Source of the DNA: Raphidiopsis brookii D9
GTDB lineage: Bacteria; Cyanobacteriota; Cyanobacteriia; Cyanobacteriales; Nostocaceae
Length of the DNA: 32,000 bases
Assembly: GCA_000175855.1 (NCBI GenBank)
Contig: ACYB01000035.1
Location: 90,001 to 122,000 of the forward strand
Direction of reading: 5' to 3'
Part shown: positions 8,296 to 17,141 of the stretch, piece by piece
How positions within the stretch are numbered: the stretch's first letter is position 1
How the letters are laid out: each line of letters opens with the position of its first letter
The notes under the pieces: generated by a model
Told to the model about the DNA's origin: nothing
Seen by the model: only the letters and a program-made list of their open reading frames with translations
Databases searched by the model: none
Program-made: the position numbers and the translations under genes

Positions 8296-9771
8296 TTACA
8301 AACTTGGGGAAGACGCTAATTCTGGAGGAACATCTTCACCATAGCTGTAAATTTCAATTCCTAATTTAGAAGCTATGGAATTGGCACTGGGGTGAACCAT
8401 GGGTGAAATTACAATCTTTCTCGTAGCTTGTCTTTGATGTTGTTGCTGATAAAAGTCTACTTTCCGGTAAAAAGTGTACAAGTCACCTTTGCTTAGGGAT
8501 GATTTAATCTCACAAATGATTAGTTGCCCATTTCGTATAATCAAATCTAGTTCTACTTGGTCTGGTCTACCAAATACTATTCCCTGATCATCATACTCGA
8601 CTATATTCAAAACTTCCACGCCAAAAGACTCTTCTAAGATTGCCTTTAACCCATTACGAAATGAGGACTCAGAACATAAACCCCACCGTGCACCGAGTCC
8701 GCTAATACCAACTTCATGCTTACGACTCATACGCTCTATTGCTGCGATAACTTGGTCAAATTCCCGTTTGTTTTCATCCCACTTACAAGCTTGCTCCTGA
8801 CGGTCAAGTTCCATTTCCCGTTTGTTTTCATCCCACTTACGAGCTTGCTCCTGACGGTCAAGTTCCATTTCCCGTTTGTTTTCATCCCACTTACGAGCTT
8901 GCTCCTGACGGTCAAGTTCCATTTCCTGTTTGTTTTCATCCCACTTACGAGCTTGCTCCTGACGGTCAAGTTCCATTTCCCGTTTGTTTTCATCCCACTT
9001 ACGAGCTTGCTCCTGACGGTCAAGTTCCATTTCCCGTTTGTTTTCATCCCACTTACGAGCTTGCTCCTGACGGTCAAGTTCCATTTCCCGTTTGTTTTCA
9101 TCCCACTTACGAGCTTGCTCCTGACGGTCAAGTTCCATTTGGGTGATGACCCGGTCAAATTCCTGTTTGTTTTCATCCCACTTACGAGCTTGCTCCTGAC
9201 GGTCAAGTTCCATTTCCCGTTTGTTTTCATCCCACTTGCGAGCTTGCTCCTGACGGTCAAGTTCCATTTCCCGTTTGTTTTCATCCCACTTGCGAGCTTG
9301 CTCCTGACGGTCAAGTTCCATTTCCCGTTTGTTTTCATCCCACTTACGAGCTTGCTCCTGACGGTCAAGCTCCATTTGGGTGATGACCCGGTCAAATTCC
9401 TGTTTGTTTTCATCCCACTTGCGAGCTTGCTCCTGACGGTCAAGTTCCATTTGGGTGATGACCCGGTCAAATTCCTGTTTGTTTTCATCCCACTTACGAG
9501 CTTGCTCCTGACGGTCAAGTTCCATTTGGGTGATGACCCGGTCAAATTCCTGTTTGTTTTCATCCCACTTACGAGACTGCTCTTCCCTATCCCGTCGTAT
9601 TTCCCCTAATACTAAATCAAAGTGACTTTCCGTCTCCAAGCTTCCAGCAAAATAGCTGGAAATTGCCCTGACTAGTAAATTCCGCATTTCTACGTCTTCA
9701 TTTACTAATACAGGTAACTGTTGTTTTAGCAGCTGTTTAAAATCCATATCATTCATAGTTATGATATGCAC
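8296..9771 (-). CDS. DUF3782-type protein with a C-terminal PD-(D/E)xK-like nuclease fold and a massively expanded charged helical repeat
   Basis: The C-terminus (GARWGLCSESSFRNGLKAILEESFG...GRPDQVELDLIIRNGQLIICEIKSSLSKGDLYTF) matches my memory of the cyanobacterial DUF3782/PD-(D/E)xK family (D...ExK-like ELD...EIK). The middle holds 13 copies plus 1 degenerate copy of MELDRQEQARKWDENK(RE or QEFDRVITQ). Confidence 0.7.
   Translation of the reverse strand: MHIITMNDMDFKQLLKQQLPVLVNEDVEMRNLLVRAISSYFAGSLETESHFDLVLGEIRRDREEQSRKWDENKQEFDRVITQMELDRQEQARKWDENKQEFDRVITQMELDRQEQARKWDENKQEFDRVITQMELDRQEQARKWDENKREMELDRQEQARKWDENKREMELDRQEQARKWDENKREMELDRQEQARKWDENKQEFDRVITQMELDRQEQARKWDENKREMELDRQEQARKWDENKREMELDRQEQARKWDENKREMELDRQEQARKWDENKQEMELDRQEQARKWDENKREMELDRQEQARKWDENKREMELDRQEQACKWDENKREFDQVIAAIERMSRKHEVGISGLGARWGLCSESSFRNGLKAILEESFGVEVLNIVEYDDQGIVFGRPDQVELDLIIRNGQLIICEIKSSLSKGDLYTFYRKVDFYQQQHQRQATRKIVISPMVHPSANSIASKLGIEIYSYGEDVPPELASSPSL
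8740..9600. repeat. In-frame tandem array of 54-bp and 75-bp units (13 near-identical copies at 8761-9525, with degenerate copies at both flanks)
   Basis: I located the unit boundaries by hand. The order is 7x54 bp (8761-9138), 75 bp (9139-9213), 3x54 bp (9214-9375) and 2x75 bp (9376-9525). The 75-bp unit is the 54-bp unit plus ttgggtgatgacccggtcaaa. Only a handful of single-base differences exist, e.g. acaagc, tgcgagc, tcctgtt, aagctcc. Confidence 0.95.
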
Positions 9772-9946
9772 AAGTCTTGACTACAGATACCATTGTACCA
9801 CAGGTCATAAAGATTTGATACTTCTTCTAAAATTCTTTTCGAGAAAAGATGAAAATGGCGATCGCCAACTGCATAAAAACTCATTGGAGATGGTTGTTAC
9901 GTGTTAATTGATGGGATGGTAATTATGAAGTATCTGTGCTTTTTTT

Positions 9947-10958
9947 CTACTGTTGTGCTGGTGGTGAACCTCTAAAAAATTTCGTTTTGGGATCGCACTT
10001 AATTTTCGCCTTTACATTAGAGTTGTCAGTGGTGTACTCAGAAGCAATTGGTTCAATGTAACAAGATTTACGTAAATAAAATCCCTTTTTACTATCAGTT
10101 GGTCCCTGCCAAATACTGAGAAGATCTAATCGGTAACCTGATTTGATATTAACCACACGAGGTTCAATTTTCCATAGTCCCTTCTCTTCAAATTTTTGCA
10201 GGTTTTTATTAATAATTATTTTTCCCAAGTTATCCACCTGTTGATTTGCCTCCAATAGCCACCTTTCCGCTTCTGACCAGGGTCTATTCGTGATTTGCTG
10301 TAGGATTAAAGGTTCAATTCTATTTAAAATTACATTGCCTGGTTCTGGTTTGTTTGCTTTTGGTTCAAATTTTAATTACAAAATTGCTGCGTTGAAAACT
10401 CTGTGCAGATAAACTGGGATATTCTTTTAACCATTTATCTGTGACAAAGTTAAATTGTAACCAGCAACTAATTAACATTGACCAACTTAGCAGCAAAATG
10501 ATTTTTTGTCTGACTTCCAATTTAGGAAGAGTCGCTTTTGGCGATATACCATTCCCCGTAAAAAACTGTGGTAATGCTGTAATTATGGCAGCAATTGTGG
10601 GCCATAAAACTATGGTTCTGACCGTGATTGTGTTTTCTCCATGTCCAAAGACAAATACACTAAATATAAATCCTGTCAACAAAGCACCCACAGGCATAAA
10701 AGTTCCTGGAATTCTTACGGGAGAATCTGTTGTGTACCAAGCGGTTCCGGCGAATAAAAATATCCAACCTGTAAAAGCAATAATATCTTTGATTATACCC
10801 GTGGCTAGGGATGAAATTCCCCAGGAGAAAACACTTAGATATATAAATGTCTGCCACGAGAAAGATCTGGGGGGCATTAATAGTTTCTGAATGCCTAAAA
10901 ACAGATCTTTAATAAATGTGAATAACTGGATGATTTCTTTCAATAATGGAAAGTTCAT
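9947..10958 (-). pseudogene. fraD: FraD-like septal membrane protein (5 TM plus a soluble C-terminal domain), split by a +1 frameshift at about 10370
   Basis: ORF 10365-10958 encodes about 5 TM helices and stops at TGA 10365-10367. A second frame is open from 10375 down to 9947 with no start codon until a TTG at 10255. Removing one T from TTTT 10370-10373 fuses them into 336 aa. It sits immediately downstream of a fraC-like gene. The FraD identity rests on size, topology, synteny and memory only. Confidence 0.45.
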
Positions 10959-10998
10959 AATTTTTACCTAGGGGATGCAGAGTGGTAGATTTTAAGTT

Positions 10999-11544
10999 TT
11001 AACTTCTTTTGAGAAAGTCCCGTGCTAAAATAAGTAGGGTAATGGCGGTATAGCTGATTGTATTAGCTATAAGGATGGTTGTAATCAGGTTATTATTTTG
11101 CATTTTCAGCTTTTGTTTCGCCAGACTCTTTTCTCTTTGGGTCATTTCTGCCAAGTCTAACTGATTCTTACCCTCACGCAAAATAATCATTAGTATTTTT
11201 AAAAACACGGACTCGATTACAAAAGTCCCCAGGAAAATCAAAAACCCTATGAGAAATAGATTAGTTTTGAGATTACCTTCAAAAGTGTTAAAGAATACAT
11301 AGCTCATCAGTTCCGATTTCAATTTGACGGGTAGAATTGGGTCCAGCAAGAAAAAAACGTTCCAACCCAGAACCGTGGAGAGGACATTGAGCGTTATGGC
11401 GTAGAAAACACTGGTCTTTTTGTCAAATTTGATTGCTCTGTGGAGAATATAGGACTCTATCGGAATAGCAACTAGCAAAAATAAAGTTTGAAAGACAATT
11501 GTACCCACGGGGAGGACTTTGGGTAGTGATAATTCATCAAGCAT
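10999..11544 (-). CDS. fraC: FraC-like filament-integrity membrane protein
   Basis: The 181-aa product has 3-4 TM helices (MLDELSLPKVLPVGTIVFQTLFLLVAIPIESYIL...). Its size and its position upstream of a FraD-like gene match the Anabaena fraC-fraD arrangement as I recall it. Confidence 0.45.
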   Translation of the reverse strand: MLDELSLPKVLPVGTIVFQTLFLLVAIPIESYILHRAIKFDKKTSVFYAITLNVLSTVLGWNVFFLLDPILPVKLKSELMSYVFFNTFEGNLKTNLFLIGFLIFLGTFVIESVFLKILMIILREGKNQLDLAEMTQREKSLAKQKLKMQNNNLITTILIANTISYTAITLLILARDFLKRS

Positions 11545-11647
11545 AAGACAGTGTGAATGAATTGAGTGGGATGGTTAAAAACTCATGGAACAACCATTCA
11601 ATATAATAGAATATACATAACTTGGGAGAAAATGGCTAGAAAAGAAG

Positions 11648-12784
11648 ATGACAAGAAATGGAATCGGTATTCTGACAGCACAAGCACGGTCAGAAAGACT
11701 GACGGGTCAAATTCACGTCTATGATGGTGCGGGAAAGGGTAAATCTCAAGCTGCTCTAGGGGTGGTTTTGCGCTCTATTGGCCTGGGTATCAATACTAAG
11801 AGCAATTGTAATCGCGTTTTGCTATTACGGTTCTTGAAAGGACCAGGAAGAGATTATGACGAAGATGGAGCGATCGCAGCTTTACAAAGGGGTTTTCCTC
11901 ATTTGATTGACCAGGTGCGTACAGGTAGGGCTGAGTATTTCGGACATGATGAAATTACTCCCTTTGACCGAGCAGAAGCAGCAAGGGGTTGGGATGTGGC
12001 CAAGGGTGCTCTTGCTTCCGACCTTTATTCGGTGGTGGTTCTGGATGAAATTAACCCGGTTTTAGATTTGGGACTGCTCCCAGTTCAAGAGGTGGTAGAA
12101 ACCTTAAAATCTAAACCTCAAGAACTGGAAATTATTACTACGGGTCGAGCAGCTCCACAACAATTACTGGATATTGCTGACTTGCACTCGGAAATGAAAC
12201 CCCACCATCATCCTCAAGCAGCAGAATTACTCTTGGATGGTATAGAAATTTATACTGGTTCAGGAAAAGGTAAGTCTACTAGTGCTTTGGGTAAGGCTCT
12301 AAAGTCTATTGGTAGGGGCATTAATCATCCCGGGTCTGCTCGTGTATTGATTATGCAATGGTTGAAAGGTGGTACTGGATATACTGAAGATGCTGCGATC
12401 GCCGCTTTACAGCAATCCTATCCCGATGTGGTGGATCACTTACGCTGCGGTCGGGATGCGATCGTGTGGCGCAATTCTCGACAACATTTGGACTATGTGG
12501 AAGCAGAACGAGGTTGGGAAATTGCCAAAACTGCGATCGCATCTGGGGTGTATAAAACTATCATCCTTGATGAACTAAATCCCACGGTTGACCTTGAGTT
12601 ACTCTCCGTAGAGCCTATCCTACAAGCCCTATTGCGTAAACCTAAAGGTACGGAAATCATTATTACTGGGCGTTGTCAAAATCAACCAGCCTATTTTGAT
12701 TTGGCAAGTATTCATTCTGAGGTTTATTGTCATAAACATTACGCAAACCAGGGAGTAGAATTAAAAAGAGGGGTAGATTTTTAA
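11648..12784 (+). CDS. cobO: Tandem-duplicated cob(I)yrinic acid a,c-diamide adenosyltransferase (CobA/CobO/BtuR-type P-loop) protein
   Basis: There are two homologous halves. Each has a P-loop (YDGAGKGKSQAALG and YTGSGKGKSTSALG), an L(L/M)xFLKG-type motif, a DE(I/L)NP motif and an IITGR motif. Confidence 0.75.
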   Translation: MTRNGIGILTAQARSERLTGQIHVYDGAGKGKSQAALGVVLRSIGLGINTKSNCNRVLLLRFLKGPGRDYDEDGAIAALQRGFPHLIDQVRTGRAEYFGHDEITPFDRAEAARGWDVAKGALASDLYSVVVLDEINPVLDLGLLPVQEVVETLKSKPQELEIITTGRAAPQQLLDIADLHSEMKPHHHPQAAELLLDGIEIYTGSGKGKSTSALGKALKSIGRGINHPGSARVLIMQWLKGGTGYTEDAAIAALQQSYPDVVDHLRCGRDAIVWRNSRQHLDYVEAERGWEIAKTAIASGVYKTIILDELNPTVDLELLSVEPILQALLRKPKGTEIIITGRCQNQPAYFDLASIHSEVYCHKHYANQGVELKRGVDF

Positions 12785-14697
12785 GGGAGGGGAGTTAGGT
12801 TTACTGTGGGTTTGTCTTCATCAAACAAAGCCAAATCAAACCAAAAGGTAGTACCTACTCCAACTTCACTAACCAAATGCATTTGACTATGGTGTCTTTC
12901 CATGATATTCCTGACAATAGATAAACCCAGACCAGTACCCTCTAGGGTATGAACTCGATTTTCTACCCGGAAAAAGCGATCAAAAATTGCTTCTTGGTCT
13001 TCTGGAGCAATACCTATACCTGTATCACTAATCTCAATGCGGACTAATGGGGAATTGTGACCAGACCTATTTACATCTACTCTATAGGCACGAATGGCTA
13101 CTATGCCTCCTGCTGGTGTGAATTTCAAAGCATTACCGATTAAATTGCCAAACACTTGCAGCAATAAATCATAATTACCTATCACCATTGGTAAATTAGA
13201 TGCTAGTTCCTGAACCAGGTTAATACCCTTCTCCTTAGCATTAAGTTGATAAGTTCTCAACGTTTGTTCTAATGCTTGTGCTAGGTCAACACCATCAAAA
13301 TGGTAGGTTCGACCAGACTCTAGTTTTGACAAGTCTAAAACATCATTAACCAAACGGGTAAGTCTATCAGTTTCATGATTTACGGTTGCCAAAAATTCTT
13401 GACGCTCTTTGGCACCTAGGTCATCACCATAATCATGAAGAGTCTCAATATAGGTTTTAATATTGAATAGGGGAGTGCGCAACTCATGGGAAATATTACT
13501 AATAAATTGACTTTTAGCTTCATTTAATTCCACTTCCCGAGTGATATCTTGCACAGTAATAGCAATACCCTTAATGCTTTCTCGTTGGGAGTCAAGAACG
13601 GTGGTCAAAAGAATACGAATGGTACGTTTGGTTGGTTCTCTCAAGGGGATGCGAAATTCTGCACTTTCACGCTCACCACTGGCCATTTCATACAAAGTGC
13701 GAGTTATTTCCATTTGCACACTATGTGGTAGGTAATTCAAAAGATTTTGACCCACCACATCTGTTCCCTCCCAGGCAAAAATACGTCTGGCCGTGGGATT
13801 AACCAAAATTACCTGCATATTATTATCAATAAGTACTGCACCATCAGCAATAGTAGAAACTAAAGTTTCCAATTTAGCTTTTTCCGCAGTTAATTCCTCT
13901 ATATTTTGTTCCTCATACCTTTCTAGTCTTTCGGCCATGTCATTAAAGCTGAAAATTAGTTCCCCTAATTCTCCTCCCAAGGGTAAATCTATGCGCTGTT
14001 TAAAGTTTCCCGCCGCTATTTGTTTTACCCCTGCTAGCAATTCCTTAATTGGTTTGGTAATAGTCAAAGCATTAATCACCCCTGCCAAAATTACCATTAC
14101 CCAAATTGTGATAAAAACCGCAATAGTCACATCACGGGTAAAATTAGAGGAAATTACCGCTGTGGGATTGGGATTAATGCCAATGGCCAGCATACCCAAA
14201 TATCGCTTATTGGCCATCAAAGGGATAAAGACATCTGTGACTAAACCATCAGGCGTACTATGTTGACGAACTATTGGTTTTTGCTCATCATCAAGATAAT
14301 CTTCCGGTGGCAGCATTTCTTGTTTAATCGTCAAGGAACTTTCTAACTGGGGATCCCAGAAGGGAATGCCAAAAAAGATTTCGCCCGTTTCATCAGCATA
14401 CAGCATATAGCGCACGCTAGATGTACTACTGTAAAAGCGCTGGGAAAATTGTGCCACCTCCGTGAAGTTTTTTTCTGCAACTAGTGGTGTAACGTTAGAA
14501 GCTAACAGCAGTCCCAAGTCTCTGCCAAATCTTGTGTCATTCAACCATTCATCTTGTTGAATTGTATTAACCGCCCAAAAGGTTAATCCACTCATAAATA
14601 GGGAAACCACTAAGGTAGCAACTGCTAGGAGCTTAGTTTGTAGGGTAAACTCATACCACCAATGATTAATCACATTACGAATTGTTACAATTAACAT
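12781..14697 (-). CDS. nblS: Sensor histidine kinase, NblS/Hik33 (DspA/Ycf26) type
   Basis: The N-terminus WWYEFTLQTKLLAVATLVVSLFMSGLTFWAVNTIQ...TRFGRDLGLLLA closely resembles Hik33 as I remember it. It is followed by a second TM, HAMP, PAS, the H-box SHELRTPLFNIKTYIETL and the HATPase motifs GNALKFT, DTGIGI and GTGLGLSI. Confidence 0.75.
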   Translation of the reverse strand: MLIVTIRNVINHWWYEFTLQTKLLAVATLVVSLFMSGLTFWAVNTIQQDEWLNDTRFGRDLGLLLASNVTPLVAEKNFTEVAQFSQRFYSSTSSVRYMLYADETGEIFFGIPFWDPQLESSLTIKQEMLPPEDYLDDEQKPIVRQHSTPDGLVTDVFIPLMANKRYLGMLAIGINPNPTAVISSNFTRDVTIAVFITIWVMVILAGVINALTITKPIKELLAGVKQIAAGNFKQRIDLPLGGELGELIFSFNDMAERLERYEEQNIEELTAEKAKLETLVSTIADGAVLIDNNMQVILVNPTARRIFAWEGTDVVGQNLLNYLPHSVQMEITRTLYEMASGERESAEFRIPLREPTKRTIRILLTTVLDSQRESIKGIAITVQDITREVELNEAKSQFISNISHELRTPLFNIKTYIETLHDYGDDLGAKERQEFLATVNHETDRLTRLVNDVLDLSKLESGRTYHFDGVDLAQALEQTLRTYQLNAKEKGINLVQELASNLPMVIGNYDLLLQVFGNLIGNALKFTPAGGIVAIRAYRVDVNRSGHNSPLVRIEISDTGIGIAPEDQEAIFDRFFRVENRVHTLEGTGLGLSIVRNIMERHHSQMHLVSEVGVGTTFWFDLALFDEDKPTVNLTPLP

Positions 14698-14762
14698 TGT
14701 TCGACCACCAATATGTTTGATTACATTCTTAGCCTATCATCAAATTTACTGACTGACGGGGA

Positions 14763-16049
14763 TTAGCCAGTAAACTTGAGGACACGATGACCAATATCTC
14801 GACGGTAGTAAATTCCAGGAAATTGAATCTGTTGAATTCCATGGTATGCTTGGGCGATCGCCTGGGGGAAATTTTCTCCCCGTCCAGTAATATTTAACAC
14901 TCTACCGCCATCGGAGATAATTTGTCCTTGGGCGTTTAATTTAGTGCCAGCATGGAACACTTTGGCACCTAATATTTCCGCATCTGGGATACCAGTAATC
15001 ACCTCACCCTTTTGATAATTACCGGGATAGCCAGCGGAAGCTGCGACAATAGTAGCTGCTGCACCGGATTTCCAAGCCAAGGGTGGCATATCTGCCAATC
15101 GCTGGTGAATACAGGCTAGGATCAATTCATCTAAGGGGGTTTCCAATAACGGTAGAATTACTTGGGTTTCAGGATCGCCAAAGCGACAGTTAAACTCTAA
15201 AACACGGAAGTCGCCATTATCTGCAACCATTAGGCCAGCGTACAAAATCCCACGATAGTCAATCCCTCTTTGATTTAAAGCCAAAATGGTATTTTCTAAA
15301 ACTTCCCTTTGCACCCGTGACATTAGCTCTGGTGTAGCGATAGGAGTTGGTGCGTATGCTCCCATACCCCCAGTATTTTCTCCTGTATCCCCTTCACCTA
15401 TACGTTTATGGTCTTGTGCAGGTAAGAGTGGTCTAATAGTGACTCCATCTGTAATAGCTAAAACAGATACTTCTTGACCCAGGAGGTATTCCTCAATGAC
15501 TACACAATTACCTGCACTACCAAACTGTCCTTGAAAAATAGCATCTATAGCCATTTCAGCTTGTGTGAGAGTTTCAGCTACGGTGACACCTTTACCAGCA
15601 GCCAAACCGTCAGCTTTAATTACTATGGGTACTCCCTGTTGTTGGACGTAGATTTTTGCTAAATGGGCGGAGTCAAATACAGCAGCTTTAGCTGTGGGCA
15701 CTCCTGCTTCTTGCATTAATGATTTAGCCCAGGACTTACTTGCCTCGATTTGCGCTCCATTGCGGTTAGGACCAAATACCATAAGTCCTAGTTCTTGTAA
15801 GTAGTCAGTGATGCCATTTGCCAAGGGGACTTCCGGACCAACGACCACCAAGGAAATGTTATATTCTAGGGCGAATTTGCCTATAGCAGGGAAGTCGTTT
15901 ACTGATAGGGGTAGGTTTTGACAACCTTTGAGATTTGCAGTACCACCATTTCCAGGTACGCAAACCACCTGATTAACCCGCTCAGACTGCAGCAGTTTCC
16001 ACGCTAGAGCGTGTTCTCTTCCTCCATTACCAATAACTAAAACCTTCAC
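14763..16049 (-). CDS. purD: Phosphoribosylamine--glycine ligase
   Basis: The product reads (M)KVLVIGNGGREHALAWKL... with an ATP-grasp core (KADGLAAGKGV, EFNCRFGDPE). I prefer the start at GTG 16049; the ORF is open to GTG 16070. Confidence 0.9.
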   Translation of the reverse strand: MKVLVIGNGGREHALAWKLLQSERVNQVVCVPGNGGTANLKGCQNLPLSVNDFPAIGKFALEYNISLVVVGPEVPLANGITDYLQELGLMVFGPNRNGAQIEASKSWAKSLMQEAGVPTAKAAVFDSAHLAKIYVQQQGVPIVIKADGLAAGKGVTVAETLTQAEMAIDAIFQGQFGSAGNCVVIEEYLLGQEVSVLAITDGVTIRPLLPAQDHKRIGEGDTGENTGGMGAYAPTPIATPELMSRVQREVLENTILALNQRGIDYRGILYAGLMVADNGDFRVLEFNCRFGDPETQVILPLLETPLDELILACIHQRLADMPPLAWKSGAAATIVAASAGYPGNYQKGEVITGIPDAEILGAKVFHAGTKLNAQGQIISDGGRVLNITGRGENFPQAIAQAYHGIQQIQFPGIYYRRDIGHRVLKFTG

Positions 16050-16362
16050 CTGTTTTAATACCTTTGCCACAAAAATAGATAAAAGTTAGAGTGGATGTAG
16101 TAGAGCTATTATTTGGCAACAAAAAACCCCCTACTCCACAAGCTGACCCATTATAGCACCATTTATGTTTTTCGTTAAACTTTCCCGGTCTAAAGACGCG
16201 GAGATTTCTGAAGAGCCCATAAATGAACTTTCTTAGGCCGGCTTAAATCAACCTCTACCAATTCCCCATTGTTGATCACAAGAATTTTGACTGCTTTCCT
16301 TAGTGGTATGTATGCCATAATTAAACTATAGCATTAATTGCCAAAAGTTAGCAAGTGGATAA

Positions 16363-16842
16363 CTAGTTAATTTCCTCGATGATGGCTTTTTGAAAATCTT
16401 TAGTCGTATTACAGATAAATTGTGGATTTAAAATTTGCTCAATTTTGTAACAACAAACATCAGGAAATATAGCCAACTCCATTCCTGTTTCTGCTGCTGC
16501 TTCTCGACGAGCATTTCGGTAAGCCTTACTGAGCAAGTCAGGAATATACTTTCCTAAACCAGGATTTTCTTCTAACAAATCTTGAAGATCATCTCGTTGG
16601 TTAGCAATCGTGGTAAACCAACTGATAGACCGCTTATCAGCTTGATATTGCCACTTGAGTAAATGGGAGAGTAAAACAATTAAACGACTCTTTAACTGAT
16701 TTTTTTCACTAATGCCCATTAAGGTTAATTCTTCAGCCAAATTATCCCAATCTAAAATATCGCCATTTTTATGCTTCAACGCCCAAATCTGGTGATTTAA
16801 CCAGGTTAAGAAATCTGTGATATACAAAGAAGAGTCAGGCAT
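16363..16842 (-). CDS. DUF29 domain-containing protein
   Basis: SLYITDFLTWLNHQIWALK...LDWDNLAEELTLMGISEKNQLKSRLIVLLSHLLKWQYQ is the characteristic cyanobacterial DUF29 pattern. Confidence 0.8.
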   Translation of the reverse strand: MPDSSLYITDFLTWLNHQIWALKHKNGDILDWDNLAEELTLMGISEKNQLKSRLIVLLSHLLKWQYQADKRSISWFTTIANQRDDLQDLLEENPGLGKYIPDLLSKAYRNARREAAAETGMELAIFPDVCCYKIEQILNPQFICNTTKDFQKAIIEEIN

Positions 16843-17141
16843 AAAAAATTACCGATTCTACTGTTAGGATTATTCGCCTTAACACCAAATACCATATCAA
16901 ATTTTTTCTATAAGTCAAGGGAATATGACCGTTAGTTTACATTTCTTTACTGCGAACGGCGATCGCCTCTTGTCTGTTTCTATCCATTGAACTGTGCCTA
17001 TATCGGTAGAAATTCCAAAGCGCCCCTGGGACAGGTTTATTTAAGTATGGAACTGCTATTCTTGAGGTCATCCCCTTTAGGTAGTTAATAAAGGCGAGCT
17101 CGCACTTGCGAGAAGGGCTTTGGCTCGCTTTTTGGTAAATT

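Noticed and set aside
8716-9609. A long antisense ORF (297 aa, + strand) and an alternative-frame ORF (8736-9563, - strand, 275 aa) across the repeat array. The regular periodicity could also be mistaken for a CRISPR array.
   Set aside because: Both ORFs are by-products of a stop-free repeated unit and translate to low-complexity nonsense (FHFPFVFIPLTSLLLTVK... and SGMKTNGKWNLTVRSKLV...). The units abut directly with no unique spacers, and they are in frame within a protein that has recognisable flanking domains. This is a coding tandem repeat, not a CRISPR array.
10361-10373. GGTTCAAAT, which resembles a tRNA T-loop.
   Set aside because: There is no acceptor stem, anticodon arm or following CC context. 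It lies inside the fraD-like coding region. I saw no tRNA or rRNA genes anywhere in the window.
12781-12784. A 4-nt overlap of the convergent cobO-like and nblS genes.
   Set aside because: The two stop codons simply share the palindrome TTAA. This is a compact-genome curiosity with no evidence of function. It is mentioned under the cobO finding only.
16190-16318. A 42-aa minus-strand ORF (MAYIPLRKAVKILVINNGELVEVDLSRPKKVHLWALQKSPRL) between DUF29 and purD.
   Set aside because: I recognise no family and see no clear ribosome-binding site. It could be a gene fragment or chance ORF, so it is not reported as a feature. It would be worth a TBLASTN check.
17094-17135. A GC-rich palindromic stretch (GCGAGCTCGC...GCTCGCTTTTT) just beyond the Dabb stop.
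   Set aside because: Several alternative short stems are possible (CTCGCA/TGCGAG, GCGAGC/GCTCGC). The T-run is on the plus strand, opposite to the Dabb gene, so I cannot assign a confident terminator or orientation.
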